Assembly: GCA_050011775.1 (NCBI GenBank) | Contig: JBEKIL010000011.1 | Span: 82,044 to 146,043 of the forward strand | Reading direction: 5' to 3' | Length of the DNA: 64,000 bases | DNA from: Bacteroidota bacterium | Lineage (GTDB): Bacteria; Bacteroidota; Ignavibacteria; UBA10030; CAVZMI01 | Shown here: piece by piece, positions 42,369 through 54,241 of the stretch | How positions within the stretch are numbered: position 1 is the first letter of the stretch | How the letters are laid out: every line of letters begins with the position of its first letter | Notes under the pieces: generated by a model | What the model was told of the DNA's origin: nothing | Database searches by the model: none | What the model saw: only the letters and a program-made list of their open reading frames with translations | Position numbers and translations under genes: made by a program

Positions 42369-43727
42369 CTATTCCTGCTTCAATCCATATTGTTGAATTT
42401 TTGTGTAAAGAGTTTTCAAGCTGATCTCAAGAATCTTGGCGGCGGATGTTTTATTCCAATTCTGTGCTTTCAGGACTTTTTCAATATGGAGACGCTGGAT
42501 ATGCTCTAGCGACACCGAGGTACCTACAATTTCGCTCTGTTCTTTTTCCACCGGAGATGATGGTCCGAGTGAAAGATCGGCAGGATCAATGACAGTCCCC
42601 CTTGAAAGGATTGCTGCCCGTTCAATCACATTTTCAAGTTCACGAATATTCCCGGGCCAATCATAATGCATAAGTAGATCAATTGCTTCCAGGTTGATTG
42701 TTTTCTTTGTTTTCGAGCGCAATTTTGACTGCAGGAAAAACTGAACAATATCGGGAATGTCCTCTTTACGCTCGCGAAGCAGCGGGATAGTAATGGTAAT
42801 GACATTCAAGCGGTACAGAAGATCTTCGCGAAATCGTCCAAGTTTCACTTCTTCACGGAGATCTTTATTTGTCGCCGAAATGATCCGAACATCGGCTCGT
42901 AATGTCGCGTTCCCGCCGACACGGCGGAATTCACCCGACTGAATAAACCGCAGCAGTTTTGGCTGGATGATCGGACTGACATCGCCGACTTCATCAAGGA
43001 AAAGCGTTCCTCCATTGGCAAGTTCAACGAGCCCTTGTTTTTGTTGATGGGCATCGGTGAATGCTCCTTTTTCGTGCCCAAAGAGTTCGCTCTCGATTAA
43101 AGTATCGGGAATCGATGCGCAGTTCACTATCACAAATTGTTTCTCTTTTCTATTGCTGTTTTTATAGACAAAGTGGGCAAGGAGTTCTTTCCCTGTTCCG
43201 CTTCCACCTTGAATCAGTACGGTTGATTCTGTTGGAGCAACACGGCCCGCGATGCGTATAACTTCCTTGAGCGCATTGCTTTTCCCGATGATGTCGCTCG
43301 GCCCCACAACTCTGCTTAACTCCTCTTTCATCGTTCTATTTTCGATCAGAAGCTGTTTTTTCTCGTATGCACGTTCGACGGTTGTCAATAACTCCGGCGT
43401 CGAATGCGGTTTTGCAATGAAATCATATGCCCCGAGTTTCATACATTCGACCGCCAGTTTCAACTCCGTCACGCCGGTGAGCATAATCACCTGAGCGTCC
43501 GGCATGTGTTCCCGGAGATATTTGAGGACCTCTACACCGTCTACCTTTGGCATACGAATATCAAGGAGTATTACATCAAAAAGGTTCTGCTGGAGTAGAT
43601 TGATAGCTTCGACGCCATCTACCGCTGTTGCGACAGGATATCCTTCTTCGGAAAGGAGCGACATGATGACTTCCCGGAACGCCTCTTCGTCATCAACAGC
43701 AAGAACACGACACTGTGAATGGTCCAT
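42369..43727 (-). CDS. sigma54-dependent response regulator (REC-AAA+-Fis HTH)
   Basis: [55 protein letters not shown]. Confidence 0.93.
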   Translation of the reverse strand: MDHSQCRVLAVDDEEAFREVIMSLLSEEGYPVATAVDGVEAINLLQQNLFDVILLDIRMPKVDGVEVLKYLREHMPDAQVIMLTGVTELKLAVECMKLGAYDFIAKPHSTPELLTTVERAYEKKQLLIENRTMKEELSRVVGPSDIIGKSNALKEVIRIAGRVAPTESTVLIQGGSGTGKELLAHFVYKNSNRKEKQFVIVNCASIPDTLIESELFGHEKGAFTDAHQQKQGLVELANGGTLFLDEVGDVSPIIQPKLLRFIQSGEFRRVGGNATLRADVRIISATNKDLREEVKLGRFREDLLYRLNVITITIPLLRERKEDIPDIVQFFLQSKLRSKTKKTINLEAIDLLMHYDWPGNIRELENVIERAAILSRGTVIDPADLSLGPSSPVEKEQSEIVGTSVSLEHIQRLHIEKVLKAQNWNKTSAAKILEISLKTLYTKIQQYGLKQE

Positions 43728-43730
43728 AGT

Positions 43731-44840
43731 TTAATCCCCGATTGGAATAGCAAATGTAAATGTGGTACCCTGACCTACAACAGATTCGACCAAGATTTTC
43801 CCTTCGTGGGCTTCAACAATACTCTTGCAGATTGCCAGCCCAAGTCCGGTTCCTTTGTGTTGTGAAAGGCGGCCGGTTTTTGTTTGTTTGTATTTATCGA
43901 ATACAAGATACAGCTCTTCCGGACCGATTCCTTCCCCGGTGTCGGCCACAGAAACACTTACGGCTCGAAGATGTTGCTGGAGATCGTCGACGATTTCGGT
44001 CTCCTGCGAACGTACTGTAATGCTACCTCCTTCTTTTGTAAATTTAATGGCATTGGTCAGGAGGTTCATAAGCACTTGATCGATCCGGCGGGCATCCATT
44101 GTAATTTTGGGAAGGGATTTATCCGGGACACATTCGAGTGTGATATCTTTCTTTCTTGCCAGCGGCTGCATGCGTTGGCAGGCAGTTTGTAGAAGCGTAT
44201 ACATTTCGGACGGTGCTTTTGTCAATTGAATGTTTCCGGATTCAAACCGTGACAGATCCAGCAAATCGTTTACCAGATCGAGCATTTTATTACTTGCATC
44301 AATGGCCAGATTAAGTACTTCATCTTGTGCCGTAGATAAATTATCCTCACTGAGGGCGTATTCAATAAGACCCTTCATTGCTCCCAGTGGTCCCCGAAGG
44401 TCATGCACCAGCATGGAAGTAAAATCAGCTTTATATCTTTCGAGCTGTTGCTCTGCCTCTTTGCTCTGAAGGATCGCTTTGACTCGGACGAGCAGTTCTT
44501 CCATGTTGATAGGTTTGGTGAGATATTCCTCTGCTCCCAGCTGGAATCCTTTTTCGATATCGCCCGGATCACGGCGTTCTGCGGTCAGCAAGATCACAGG
44601 TATCTGTTTTGTTTGCGGAAGCGCTTTTAATCGTGTTAACGTTTCATATCCGTCCATTTCCGGCATGCGGATATCAAGAATGATCAGGTTTGGGTGATCG
44701 GAGACGGCTTTTACCAGACATTCCTTACCGCTCCCGGCTGTGATTACGATATAATCGTAATCTGAAAGAAATGCTTCCAGAAGATCAACATTATCCGGAG
44801 TGTCGTCAACAACCAAAATCATTTGTAGTATGTCAGGCAT
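43731..44840 (-). CDS. receiver-histidine kinase hybrid (REC-HisKA-HATPase)
   Basis: VVDD, ILD..MP, KP; HDLRGPL H-box; NLLTNAIKF, D.GEG, GTGLGL. Confidence 0.92.
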   Translation of the reverse strand: MPDILQMILVVDDTPDNVDLLEAFLSDYDYIVITAGSGKECLVKAVSDHPNLIILDIRMPEMDGYETLTRLKALPQTKQIPVILLTAERRDPGDIEKGFQLGAEEYLTKPINMEELLVRVKAILQSKEAEQQLERYKADFTSMLVHDLRGPLGAMKGLIEYALSEDNLSTAQDEVLNLAIDASNKMLDLVNDLLDLSRFESGNIQLTKAPSEMYTLLQTACQRMQPLARKKDITLECVPDKSLPKITMDARRIDQVLMNLLTNAIKFTKEGGSITVRSQETEIVDDLQQHLRAVSVSVADTGEGIGPEELYLVFDKYKQTKTGRLSQHKGTGLGLAICKSIVEAHEGKILVESVVGQGTTFTFAIPIGD

Positions 44841-44935
44841 ATGTGTTGTATTCCCGGATGGTTCTTTTGTTCACGTCAAAATTATTCTTATTCAAATGTG
44901 CTCTTTTCTGATTTCGAGAAAATACTATTCATGTT

Positions 44936-47900
44936 CTATTTTTTTTCTGCTGTTTCTGGCTGCGCTGATTGCTCGAATGAGGAATGGGCCTGCTCGATCG
45001 GGATGAGCGGGAATGAGAACGTGAACGTCGATCCGTGCCCAATAACACTCTCGACGGTGATGTCGCCCCCCATCATCCGGGCAAATTTCCGAGAAATTGC
45101 CAGACCAAGTCCTGTTCCCCCGTATTTTCGAGTTGTACTGCTGTCAGCCTGCTCAAATTCTATGAATATTTTTTCAATATTCTTCTCTTCGATTCCAATA
45201 CCGCTGTCCTGAACCTGGATAACGATGGTACCGTCATGCCGGAATCCACGCAGAACAACCTCGCCCTGTTGAGTAAATTTTGCCGCATTACTGAGGAGAT
45301 TGAGAAGTACTTGTCGTAACTTTGTCGAATCGGCCCGGATCAATGGAAACGTTTCATGGACTTCTTCGCGCAGTGTGACCGGTTTATCGCCAATGATAGG
45401 TTCTATTGTCGTTATGCTTGCGTTAATGATATCGTTGAGTGAGCAGGTTTCGAGCACAATCTCCATTCGTCCGGCTTCAATCTTCGAGATATCAAGCACG
45501 TCATTTATCATCTGCAGCAAGTGACGGGCATTCCGCAGAACCTTTCCGAGCGAATCCTGCTGCCGTGAACTAAGCGGCTCCTTTTTACTCTTCATGAGCA
45601 GATCTGAAAATCCTATAATTGAGTTCAACGGTGTTCGCAGCTCGTGTGACATATTTGCCAGGAAGGCGGCTTTCACCTTATTGGCACGCTCGAGCTCTTC
45701 ATTTGTTGTCGTTAATTGCCGGAATAATCTAACACGTGCAATCACGCCTGCAATTTGATGGGCGATGTTTTGCGCGAGATCGATTTCGTCACCGGTAATC
45801 CGGCGGTGTGAATTGTAAATTGCAAAGAGTAATCCGGTAACTTTATCCTCTGTTGTCAGAGGTGCCGAAAGAATCGACCGTGGCGTCTGTTCTATATCAA
45901 TTGCCATGCTTGCCGGTTCCTGTTCTTTAACATTCTCGATGAAGATCGGCCTGCGTGTGAGAAATACTTGTTGAACAAGAGGCAATGATGTAACTGCAAA
46001 CCGTGCTTTTTCGATCTCTTCCCGCTTGTAACCGAGTCCTACCTGACCCTCGATAGAATTGCTGCTTTCGTTGTAGAAGAATAGGCTGCCGCGGTCGGCT
46101 TTGAGAATCTTACAAAACTCCTTCATTGATGTATCAAGCACGGTATTTATATCCAGGGCCGACGCGGTCAATTGAGAAATGCGGTTCAATGTCTCCTGGA
46201 TCCCGGCGCGGCGTTGTTCTTCGGAGTATAGCCGTGCGTTTTCTATTGCTACACCGAGCTGCTGGCAAATTTCTATCAATAGCTCTATTACATCCTGTGA
46301 GAACGGCTCATAGGTTGCACGTGTAACGTTGAGAACACCGACGACGCTGTTATGATGGACAATCGGAAATGCGCCGAAAGTGTAGCGTGGGAAACGTGAA
46401 AACCACGGATCAAGCTGCAATGATTCAGGCGCGTGGGTGTCGTTAATAATCACGGGCACCCCGAGTGCAGCCCTGCCGTGAATCGTATCATGGAGATCGA
46501 TCGTCAGAATCCGTTCTCCAACTTTTTCGACACCCGGGTATGTCACCGCAAGTTCCAGATAATCTTCTTTACGGAGATAGACACGGCCGACCATGAAACC
46601 GACGTATTTAAGAATTGCCTGCAGACTGCTTTCAAGCAGTTCGGCCAGATCAAGCGTACTGCTGAGGACAGTTGTGATTGTGTTGAGCGTTTGCAGACGA
46701 TTGTTTGCTGCGCTCAGGCGCTCGGCCTGCGCACGTGCCTGTTCCTCCAGCCGTCTCCGGATGATGCCGTTTGCAAGTTCGTAGGCCAGGATTTTGACGA
46801 TTTGAAATTCATTGTCGAGTAATTCCCGCGGACGCGTAGAGAGTAATTGAAGCACTCCAATTAATTCGCGAGCCGTGAAAAGCGGTGTACTGATCATTGT
46901 CTTGAGATTATCCCGTCCGACTATATCCTCCGCATAATGACGAAGAGATGAATTCGCGAGATCGTCGATGATGATCGTTTCTTGATAATGGGCGGTGTGT
47001 GCGGCAACGTTTTTTTCATCCGGACCGACTGTCAGAGTCTGGAACTGTTCAATGACGTCGTCCGGAAACCCCAATTGATACGCCAGCCGGAGAGTGCGTG
47101 TTGTTTCGTCATATATCATGATGTTCCCGGCAGACATATCAAGAAGCTGCGAAATAGCATTAACTGATTGTTCACAGAGGTCGTCGATGGTTTCGGCCGA
47201 GTTGATGAGATGGGAAATCTCGAGAAGAACCGAACGCTGTTCTTCGGTTTGCTTAAGCTCGCTGATATCTTTTGCATTGGCAACGTAACCGATGCGATCG
47301 CCTTTATCGTTTCGGAGAGTGGAGACAGTGAGAGAAACCCAGAACCGCGTTTCGTTCTCCCGTATCCACATGCTCTCAAGACTGACAGTATCGGAATTCT
47401 CAAGAGAGGCCCGGATGTTGGCGTCATCCGGCAGATATTCCGGAGCAAACAGATTGCTAAATGGCTTTTCAAAAAGATCAACAGGCGAAATACCAGTCAG
47501 CTGCCGGGCGGCTCTATTCGCGCTCTGGATCAGCCACCGTGTGTCCAGCGTGACAAGTGCATCCCCCATGGTGTCGAGTATACCGCGCAGATATTTTTCT
47601 CTTTCAGATAGTTCTCGCTCAGCCTGTTTCTGGGCCTCAAGGCTACGGGCGACCGCGAGATATCCGATTACGGCTCCGGCTGTATTGCGGAGGGAAGTAA
47701 CACTTAGAAGGACGGGAATGTGTTTTCCGTCTTTTCGTACATAGGTCCATTCTCGTTCGTCAATTCGGCCATGCGAGGCATATGCACTCAGTACATCGAA
47801 ACCGATGATCAGTTTTCTGAATTCATGTGATATTTCCTTACCTCTGTTCTGGATTTCCTCCTCGATATGGAACATCTCGGGTGTTTGTTTTCCTATGACT

Positions 47901-49615
47901 TCATCAGGGGAATAGCCGAGAAGTTCCTGAGCACCCTTATTAAATATGGTGATGATACCGTCGAGATCGGTGGCAATGATTGAGTACTGCAGCGATCCCG
48001 ACAGTACTGCGGCCATGAAAAGATTGCTTTCCTGGAGTGCCTGTTCACTCCTTTTTATGTTGGTGATATCACGGGCAATGCCGACGAGAGAAATGATTTC
48101 ATCGTGTTGATTGACAACGGGAGATGTCGAGAGCGAAATGACGTACTCCGATTCATCCCGTCTTCGATTAGTGATTTCGCCGTTCCATCCACCACGGAGT
48201 GTGTTCAGATAGATTTCACGTGCGATACCCGGTCGATTCTGAGGAGAAACAAGTCGGGTGACCGGTTTACCGATAAGTTCCTCACGGGAAAAACCGAAAA
48301 GTCTGACGGACGCGTCGTTTAAAAATGTGATTTTTCCCGAAACATCAAGCAATGTAATCGCATCGCTTGCGCTGCGGATGGTGTGTTCAAATACAGCAAT
48401 CTGTTCTTCGGCTCGCTTGATGGTGGTGATATCTTTAACCAGTGCCACCTGTGCGACCACAACGCCCTTTTCGATGACGGGTGCCCCACTGATCAGAGCG
48501 ACAAATCTAGTCCCATCGCTTCTGAACATTTCGGTTTCGTACACGCTGCTTTGAATGCTGTCGTGAGTGGAAATTTTCTGTTTCAGTTTCTCCTGATACT
48601 CGGGAGGGAAAAAATCATACGCCGATTTTCCGATGAGACTTTCACGGGAAATTCCCACCATAGCACACATAGCTTCATTTACATCGATTGTATTATAATT
48701 CGAATCGATAACCCAGAGGCCGTCGAGCATTGTGGAGATATAAAAATTGCGGCGTTGAAGCTCACGATTAACCTGAAAAAGTGCCTCCTCCTTTTCGCGG
48801 ATCTGTGCTATCCTGAAATTCACTTCGTCCTTGCGCTGCTTCAACAATGAACCCATCGTATTGAAATGCTCTGTGAGTTCGCCAATCTCATCACGGCTTG
48901 TGACCGGAATTGTCTCGAACGTTCCGTCAACGATAGTCTCTGTGCCCTGTTGAATGTTACGGAGACGTGCGACCATGGCTCGCACTAGAATAATTCCAAG
49001 TACGAGAAAAAGGAAGATAATGAGAATATCAATGAACGTCAGAAAAGCCAGCATTTTTGTATGCAGCTCACCCACCCTTTGAATCCGCTCTGTGCTCTGT
49101 TGTTGGTGAAGGATCTCGATTATTCGGCATTCCGCACGCATGCGATCGAATAGCACAATATATTCAGCATTCAGATTGTGAATCTCGTGAATGCTCGACG
49201 ACCTGCCTTTCAATTGCCGGAATATTCTGCTTCGTGTGATTGAAAGATCCAGAGTGTTTTTCAATGTGATAAGACTATCAACATTTTGAAGCAACTCTGG
49301 AGAGTCCGAGACTGCTTCGCGAAGTCGATATGAGGTTTCTTTAAAACGGTTTTGTGCATCCCGGAACGATTCAAGAAACTGCTCTTTTCCGGTTCCGTGG
49401 AATCCCTTAAGGCTGGATTCCATAATGTCAATTGCGGAATTTAGATTGCTAGTCTTCGAGGAAGTCTGGTATCCTTCTTCGACTAGTCTTCTGGATTCCT
49501 TGATGATTACTTCTATCTTTGATGTAATTATCAAAGTTCTTACAATGAAGAAGATTGTAAGAAATACAAATCCTGTAAGAATTTTATGAGATAGACGAAG
49601 TCGAAACATTATCAT
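44936..49615 (-). CDS. large membrane sensor histidine kinase (periplasmic helical sensor, HAMP, 4 PAS, 3 GAF, HisKA, HATPase)
   Basis: Two TMs; DEIGEL...FN.M HAMP; four PAS units (three ending DIT/DIS); three GAF units; [26 protein letters not shown]. Confidence 0.92.
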   Translation of the reverse strand: MIMFRLRLSHKILTGFVFLTIFFIVRTLIITSKIEVIIKESRRLVEEGYQTSSKTSNLNSAIDIMESSLKGFHGTGKEQFLESFRDAQNRFKETSYRLREAVSDSPELLQNVDSLITLKNTLDLSITRSRIFRQLKGRSSSIHEIHNLNAEYIVLFDRMRAECRIIEILHQQQSTERIQRVGELHTKMLAFLTFIDILIIFLFLVLGIILVRAMVARLRNIQQGTETIVDGTFETIPVTSRDEIGELTEHFNTMGSLLKQRKDEVNFRIAQIREKEEALFQVNRELQRRNFYISTMLDGLWVIDSNYNTIDVNEAMCAMVGISRESLIGKSAYDFFPPEYQEKLKQKISTHDSIQSSVYETEMFRSDGTRFVALISGAPVIEKGVVVAQVALVKDITTIKRAEEQIAVFEHTIRSASDAITLLDVSGKITFLNDASVRLFGFSREELIGKPVTRLVSPQNRPGIAREIYLNTLRGGWNGEITNRRRDESEYVISLSTSPVVNQHDEIISLVGIARDITNIKRSEQALQESNLFMAAVLSGSLQYSIIATDLDGIITIFNKGAQELLGYSPDEVIGKQTPEMFHIEEEIQNRGKEISHEFRKLIIGFDVLSAYASHGRIDEREWTYVRKDGKHIPVLLSVTSLRNTAGAVIGYLAVARSLEAQKQAERELSEREKYLRGILDTMGDALVTLDTRWLIQSANRAARQLTGISPVDLFEKPFSNLFAPEYLPDDANIRASLENSDTVSLESMWIRENETRFWVSLTVSTLRNDKGDRIGYVANAKDISELKQTEEQRSVLLEISHLINSAETIDDLCEQSVNAISQLLDMSAGNIMIYDETTRTLRLAYQLGFPDDVIEQFQTLTVGPDEKNVAAHTAHYQETIIIDDLANSSLRHYAEDIVGRDNLKTMISTPLFTARELIGVLQLLSTRPRELLDNEFQIVKILAYELANGIIRRRLEEQARAQAERLSAANNRLQTLNTITTVLSSTLDLAELLESSLQAILKYVGFMVGRVYLRKEDYLELAVTYPGVEKVGERILTIDLHDTIHGRAALGVPVIINDTHAPESLQLDPWFSRFPRYTFGAFPIVHHNSVVGVLNVTRATYEPFSQDVIELLIEICQQLGVAIENARLYSEEQRRAGIQETLNRISQLTASALDINTVLDTSMKEFCKILKADRGSLFFYNESSNSIEGQVGLGYKREEIEKARFAVTSLPLVQQVFLTRRPIFIENVKEQEPASMAIDIEQTPRSILSAPLTTEDKVTGLLFAIYNSHRRITGDEIDLAQNIAHQIAGVIARVRLFRQLTTTNEELERANKVKAAFLANMSHELRTPLNSIIGFSDLLMKSKKEPLSSRQQDSLGKVLRNARHLLQMINDVLDISKIEAGRMEIVLETCSLNDIINASITTIEPIIGDKPVTLREEVHETFPLIRADSTKLRQVLLNLLSNAAKFTQQGEVVLRGFRHDGTIVIQVQDSGIGIEEKNIEKIFIEFEQADSSTTRKYGGTGLGLAISRKFARMMGGDITVESVIGHGSTFTFSFPLIPIEQAHSSFEQSAQPETAEKK

Positions 49616-49626
49616 CCCTTCTGTAC

Positions 49627-49774
49627 CATGTAAATCTTACATGCCACCTGTCACTATTTTCGGCACAAACATGTAAAAAATTCAGTCGTAAACAATAATA
49701 ATTAAATTATGGAGATTCTTAAGCCTAAAGAGATAGAAACAATCTTAAGAATGATATTCAGTGTAATTTTTACA
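49627..49774. promoter_or_regulatory. palindromic TGTAA-N3-TTACA boxes
   Basis: CATGTAA-ATC-TTACATG (49627-49643), TGTAA-TTT-TTACA (49762-49774), half-degenerate copy at 49670. Confidence 0.5.
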
Positions 49775-49819
49775 TTTTCCTTATTTCTCGATAGAAAAAT
49801 CAGCTTTAATGGATTCTGC

Positions 49820-49848
49820 TTGAAGATTTTCTAAGTTATACATACATT
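49820..49848 (+). promoter_or_regulatory. sigma70-type promoter of hutH (TTGAAG-17-TACATT)
   Basis: Matches the window-wide promoter pattern. Confidence 0.5.
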
Positions 49849-49898
49849 TTTAGGATGTTGGATTAAAATGATCAACCTGACATGCGGCCAAAGTACAT

Positions 49899-51431
49899 AT
49901 GAATGCCATATTACTTGATGGAAATTCCCTGACAATCGAACAGGTTGCTCAGGTTGCCGTACGAAACAATCCAGTAGGACTAACGCCAAAAGCCGTCCGT
50001 GCAATCAAAGCTTCACGCCGACTTATTGATTCATGGGTCGAAAAAGAGGCTGTTATCTATGGTGTCACGACCGGGTTCGGTGAATTCAGCAATGTGAAAA
50101 TAAGCCGTGAAGATATAGAGGCGCTTCAACAAAATCTTGTTGTAAGCCATGCGGCAGGGACGGGCGATCCACTGCCGCCAGAAATTGTAAGGGCGATGAT
50201 GGTACTGCGGGCGAACGCTCTGGCTAAAGGATATTCAGGGGTTCGTCTCGAAACTGTTCAGACGCTTGTAAAATTCCTGAACCATGGAATCACGCCGGTC
50301 ATTCCATCACAGGGTTCTGTGGGTTCGAGTGGAGATCTCGTCCAGCTGGCACATCTAGTATTGACAATGATGGGAAAAGGGAAAGTCCTGTATCAGAATG
50401 AAGTGATGGATGCGAACCTTGCCCTGCGGAAGACTGATTTACAGCCGGTAAGATTGATGGCGAAAGAAGGTCTTGCACTGATTAACGGTACACAGATGAT
50501 GACAGGTTATGCGGCAATAGCTATCCATGAAACGAAGATCCTTGCCAAGCACGCAGACATTGCTGCAGCTCTGAGTATCGATGCGCTCAAGGGAGCCGAT
50601 CGCTCATACGATGAGCGGATCCACAGGCTCCGTCCTTACCCGGGACAGATTAGTGTCGCATCGAATATTCGAAAGTTGATGAAGGGCAGCGAAATACGTG
50701 AATCGCATCTGCATCATCACGACAAGATCCAGGATGCATATTCACTTCGATGTATTCCCCAGGTTCACGGCGCGTCACACGATGCGATTGACTATATCTA
50801 TAATATTGTGGCGGTTGAGATTAACGCGGCCACCGATAATCCTCTTATTTTTTCAAAAGAAAAAGATTATCTTGAAGGAGGGAATTTCCACGGCCAACCG
50901 ATTGCGCTGGCCATGGATTTCCTCGGTATTGCTCTTGCTGAATTGGCAAATATCTCGGAGCGGCGGATTGAGCGGATGGTTAATGGAAGTCTAAGCGGTC
51001 TTCCAAGGTTTCTGATAAAAAAGGGGGGACTTCATTCTGGATTGATGGTTGCACAGTACACTGCAGCTTCACTCGTATCGGAAAATAAAGTTCTCGCCCA
51101 TCCTGCCAGTGTCGATTCTATTCCGACCTCGGCCAATCAGGAGGATCATAATAGTATGGGCTCAATCAGTGCACAGAAAGCCTGGAGAATTTTGCATAAT
51201 GTCCAGCAGGTGATTGCTATTGAGATGATGGTGGCATGTCAGGGGATTGACTTCCATCGGCCGATGAAGTGCGGAAAAGGTACGGAGGCTGCCTATCGGA
51301 CTATCCGCCGGCATATAGAGCACCTCGAGCATGACCGGGTAATCTATGATGATATCCAGACATCGCTTTCTTTGCTTCGGTCCGGAGTGGTTTTGCAGGC
51401 GGTTGAAAAATCAATCGGAAAATTACAGTGA
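49899..51431 (+). CDS. hutH: histidine ammonia-lyase (Ser-Ser-Gly MIO variant)
   Basis: YGVTTGFG, SH specificity pair (VSHAAG), GSVGSSGDL, KEGLALINGT, QDAYSLRC.PQVHG, GGNFHG, SANQEDH.SMG. Confidence 0.93.
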   Translation: MNAILLDGNSLTIEQVAQVAVRNNPVGLTPKAVRAIKASRRLIDSWVEKEAVIYGVTTGFGEFSNVKISREDIEALQQNLVVSHAAGTGDPLPPEIVRAMMVLRANALAKGYSGVRLETVQTLVKFLNHGITPVIPSQGSVGSSGDLVQLAHLVLTMMGKGKVLYQNEVMDANLALRKTDLQPVRLMAKEGLALINGTQMMTGYAAIAIHETKILAKHADIAAALSIDALKGADRSYDERIHRLRPYPGQISVASNIRKLMKGSEIRESHLHHHDKIQDAYSLRCIPQVHGASHDAIDYIYNIVAVEINAATDNPLIFSKEKDYLEGGNFHGQPIALAMDFLGIALAELANISERRIERMVNGSLSGLPRFLIKKGGLHSGLMVAQYTAASLVSENKVLAHPASVDSIPTSANQEDHNSMGSISAQKAWRILHNVQQVIAIEMMVACQGIDFHRPMKCGKGTEAAYRTIRRHIEHLEHDRVIYDDIQTSLSLLRSGVVLQAVEKSIGKLQ

Positions 51432-51529
51432 AAAGAGCATTTATTTCCCATAAGAATCGTATCAGGATTATCCATGATGTAATTAAACCAGGATGTAAAA
51501 ACTTCGGAAAAAAGTAAAAAAGTTTTTTT

Positions 51530-53302
51530 ATGTATCGAGTAGCTATCGGCCTTATAATATTCATCGCATACCTTTTACCACGACCGGTTCAGGGCCAGTC
51601 GTACACTTCATATTCTTTTTCTCCAAAGTATGAATTTCGGGGTGTCTGGATTACGACAGTCTATGGTTCGATCTGGCCGAAGTCGAAATATCCCCGTGAA
51701 CAACGTCTCGAACTCATAAATATTTATCAAACAGTCCGTCTGAATAATCTTAATGCGGTTGTATTTCAGGTCCGTGCTCGCGGCGATGTGATGTATCCTT
51801 CGCAGTTCGAACCTTTCGCCTCATCTGTGACCGGAGTGCTCGGAGGGAAACCCGATTATGACCCGCTGAAGTTTGCCATAGAAGAGGCTCATAAATTTGG
51901 ACTGGAATTCCATGCGTGGTGGAACGTTTGTAAAGTCGCAGATGGAGAAAATCCCCCGCCTCTGACTTCTCCGGCCCATATCGCACATACGCATCCTGAA
52001 TGGTTAAAACGATGGAGAAATAAGAACGGAAACGGTAACGGGAGTGTTGAATGGTGGCTTGATATCGGTTACCCGCAAGTTCGTGCACGGCTGATTGATA
52101 TAGCCATGGAGTTAGTTGAGAAGTATGATATTGATGCTATTAATTTTGATTATCTGCGCTATCCGGGGCCGGAATTTGACGATTATTCATCCTATGCGGT
52201 CTACGGCGGTTCCTTATCGCGCGATGAATGGCGTCGGCTTAATGTCACATCGTTCCTTAGGGAATTTTATAAGCGGGCAACAGCAGTAAAACCATTATTG
52301 AAGATCGGCGCTGCGCCGATTGGGATTTATAAGAATTTGCCGGAAGCATCCGGGTGGCAGTCGTATTCATTACTGTATCAGGACACAAGGCAGTGGCTTC
52401 GTGAAGGGATTGTGGATTATATCATACCGCAATTGTACTGGGAACTCTATTCTAATCCGCGATTCTCTGTGCTGTTGCGCGATTGGCAGGATAATTCATG
52501 GGGACGTCATGTCTATGCCGGAATCGGAGCATTCCGGCCCGGTATCCCTCAACAAATTCCGGCTATGATCGATTCAGTCCGTGTCATAGGCGCAGGGGGT
52601 GAATGCTACTTCACTTATAACGATGTGAAAGATGTTGCCGTCTTTCGTAATCGATATTCAAAGCCGGCGCTTATTCCTCCAATGCGATGGAAATATACAT
52701 TGCCTCCCGGCACACCCAAGAACCTGCGGGTAAAAGAAGTAAGTGCCGGTATGTTTACGCTGGAATGGGATCCACCATCGTCAGCCACTGAAGAATATGC
52801 ACCGCAACGGTATGCCATCTATCGCTCGATCTCTCCGACGATCGATATTTCTACATCAGAGTGTTTCGTTGCTGTTACATCCGGATTACAGACCGCATTC
52901 ACAGATATCATAGACCGGCCCACAGCATTGAAATATTTCTATGTAGTCACAGCATTCGATAAAGCGAACATTGAAAGTCAGCCGTCGAATATAACAACTG
53001 CTGAATTTCAGGAAGCAGTTGTGATGCGGCAATATTTCGAGCCGAAAACAATGCTGGCACAAAACATACCAAATCCGATGGACCGTAAGACATATATTGC
53101 ATATCAGCTTGCACAACCTTCGCAGGTATCCCTTCAGCTCTTCGATGAGAATGGAAATTATATCGAGACGGTGGTGAATGAGATGCAAGACGCGGGTTCG
53201 TTTGTCGTTCCTCTCTATCGCCTGAAACTTGTAAAAGGTTCTTATCGCTATACACTCAAAACCGAAAAGGAAACGATTTCGAAATATATGACAGTACGAT
53301 GA
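51530..53302 (+). CDS. GHL10 (YddW/DigH-like) glycoside hydrolase with Fn3 and T9SS-type C-terminal domain
   Basis: EFRGVW..T, FQVR..GD..YPS, DPL..AIEEAH..GLE.HAW, D.I.FDY.RYP, PQLYW; Y.VTA.D..N.ES; L.QN.PNP tail. Confidence 0.85.
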   Translation: MYRVAIGLIIFIAYLLPRPVQGQSYTSYSFSPKYEFRGVWITTVYGSIWPKSKYPREQRLELINIYQTVRLNNLNAVVFQVRARGDVMYPSQFEPFASSVTGVLGGKPDYDPLKFAIEEAHKFGLEFHAWWNVCKVADGENPPPLTSPAHIAHTHPEWLKRWRNKNGNGNGSVEWWLDIGYPQVRARLIDIAMELVEKYDIDAINFDYLRYPGPEFDDYSSYAVYGGSLSRDEWRRLNVTSFLREFYKRATAVKPLLKIGAAPIGIYKNLPEASGWQSYSLLYQDTRQWLREGIVDYIIPQLYWELYSNPRFSVLLRDWQDNSWGRHVYAGIGAFRPGIPQQIPAMIDSVRVIGAGGECYFTYNDVKDVAVFRNRYSKPALIPPMRWKYTLPPGTPKNLRVKEVSAGMFTLEWDPPSSATEEYAPQRYAIYRSISPTIDISTSECFVAVTSGLQTAFTDIIDRPTALKYFYVVTAFDKANIESQPSNITTAEFQEAVVMRQYFEPKTMLAQNIPNPMDRKTYIAYQLAQPSQVSLQLFDENGNYIETVVNEMQDAGSFVVPLYRLKLVKGSYRYTLKTEKETISKYMTVR

Positions 53303-53454
53303 CCGGAGTTGCTTTTCAGATACATGTTTTGTAAGTTTTTCTCGACTGGAAAAAACCAGAATAGAACGCATTCTCATCGGGAATTGGGGGTAAGGGAGGT
53401 AGGCGGCGCCCCCAATAAGTAATAAAACTAAAAAGGGCTATCATACAGCGTTGC

Positions 53455-53552
53455 GGTCTCGCCTCGCTGAGTCCGACTCGGCGAGACGGGCTCAGCGTAG
53501 CAGTCCCCCTCGACAGGCTCAGGGTCTTCGACTTTAGGACGGCGAAGGGGGA
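53455..53552. repeat. cluster of REP-like palindromic elements
   Basis: GGTCTCGCCTCGCTGAGTCCGACTCGGCGAGACGGGC hairpin; CCTCGACAGGCTCAGGG unit inside a TCCCC..CTTCG...CGAAGGGGGA stem. Confidence 0.55.
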
Positions 53553-53632
53553 TAACGTACCGTCAGTATTTATTGAATTTTTACATCTGCTGTTCAATTA
53601 GATCGGTGTTTGTCACGTCCACGCATCAACCC

Positions 53633-54241
53633 ATGGCACGATTTGCAGTCGAAGAAATAAGAAGACGCTTTGCCGGTTCCAACGAATTCAACGAAATCTT
53701 TGATGCGTTTGAAGATGCTGTGAATCAACGACTCATCGATCTTGAGCTCTATCGATTATTGTTCTGGAACCATTCACTTACTCCCGATGAACTCTGTCTG
53801 TTTGGTGAAAAACTTGCCAAGGAGTTTCCGGACATAGCCTTTGAAGTATATCGATGGCTTGCGAGCGTCTTTGCCGTCACATATTCGGCATACGACAACT
53901 ACGAACTTGCATTGACATATTACAAAAAAGCCGCATATACGCGACCTACGGACCCCGTTTCGTATCTTGACGCAAGTGATTGCTACGAACCGGATTTAAA
54001 CATTCCCCCGATTGATGGTCTGATAGAGTTCCTTAGATTCGGTCTGGAGCATGCGGTGGAATCCGAACAATTGCTCCGAAGACTTTCCAAACTGTATGCG
54101 ATCCTCGGAGATGCCGATCTGAGCGAATATTATAAACTTAAAGCTGATGAAGCGGGCTCATCTCGTGGCGGAGCGGGCTCACCTCCATCATCTCCCGTCG
54201 AACCGCCGTCCCCGCCCGATCAACCATCGCCTTCAGCATGA
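53633..54241 (+). CDS. hypothetical alpha-helical (TPR-like) protein with Pro/Ser-rich tail
   Basis: Helical pattern YELALTYYKKAA; low-complexity C-terminus; coupled to the next gene. Confidence 0.65.
   Translation: MARFAVEEIRRRFAGSNEFNEIFDAFEDAVNQRLIDLELYRLLFWNHSLTPDELCLFGEKLAKEFPDIAFEVYRWLASVFAVTYSAYDNYELALTYYKKAAYTRPTDPVSYLDASDCYEPDLNIPPIDGLIEFLRFGLEHAVESEQLLRRLSKLYAILGDADLSEYYKLKADEAGSSRGGAGSPPSSPVEPPSPPDQPSPSA

Noticed and set aside
49630-49646. Possible sigma54 promoter TGGCATGTAAGATTT upstream of the large kinase
   Set aside because: No TTGC/TTGT at the -12 position
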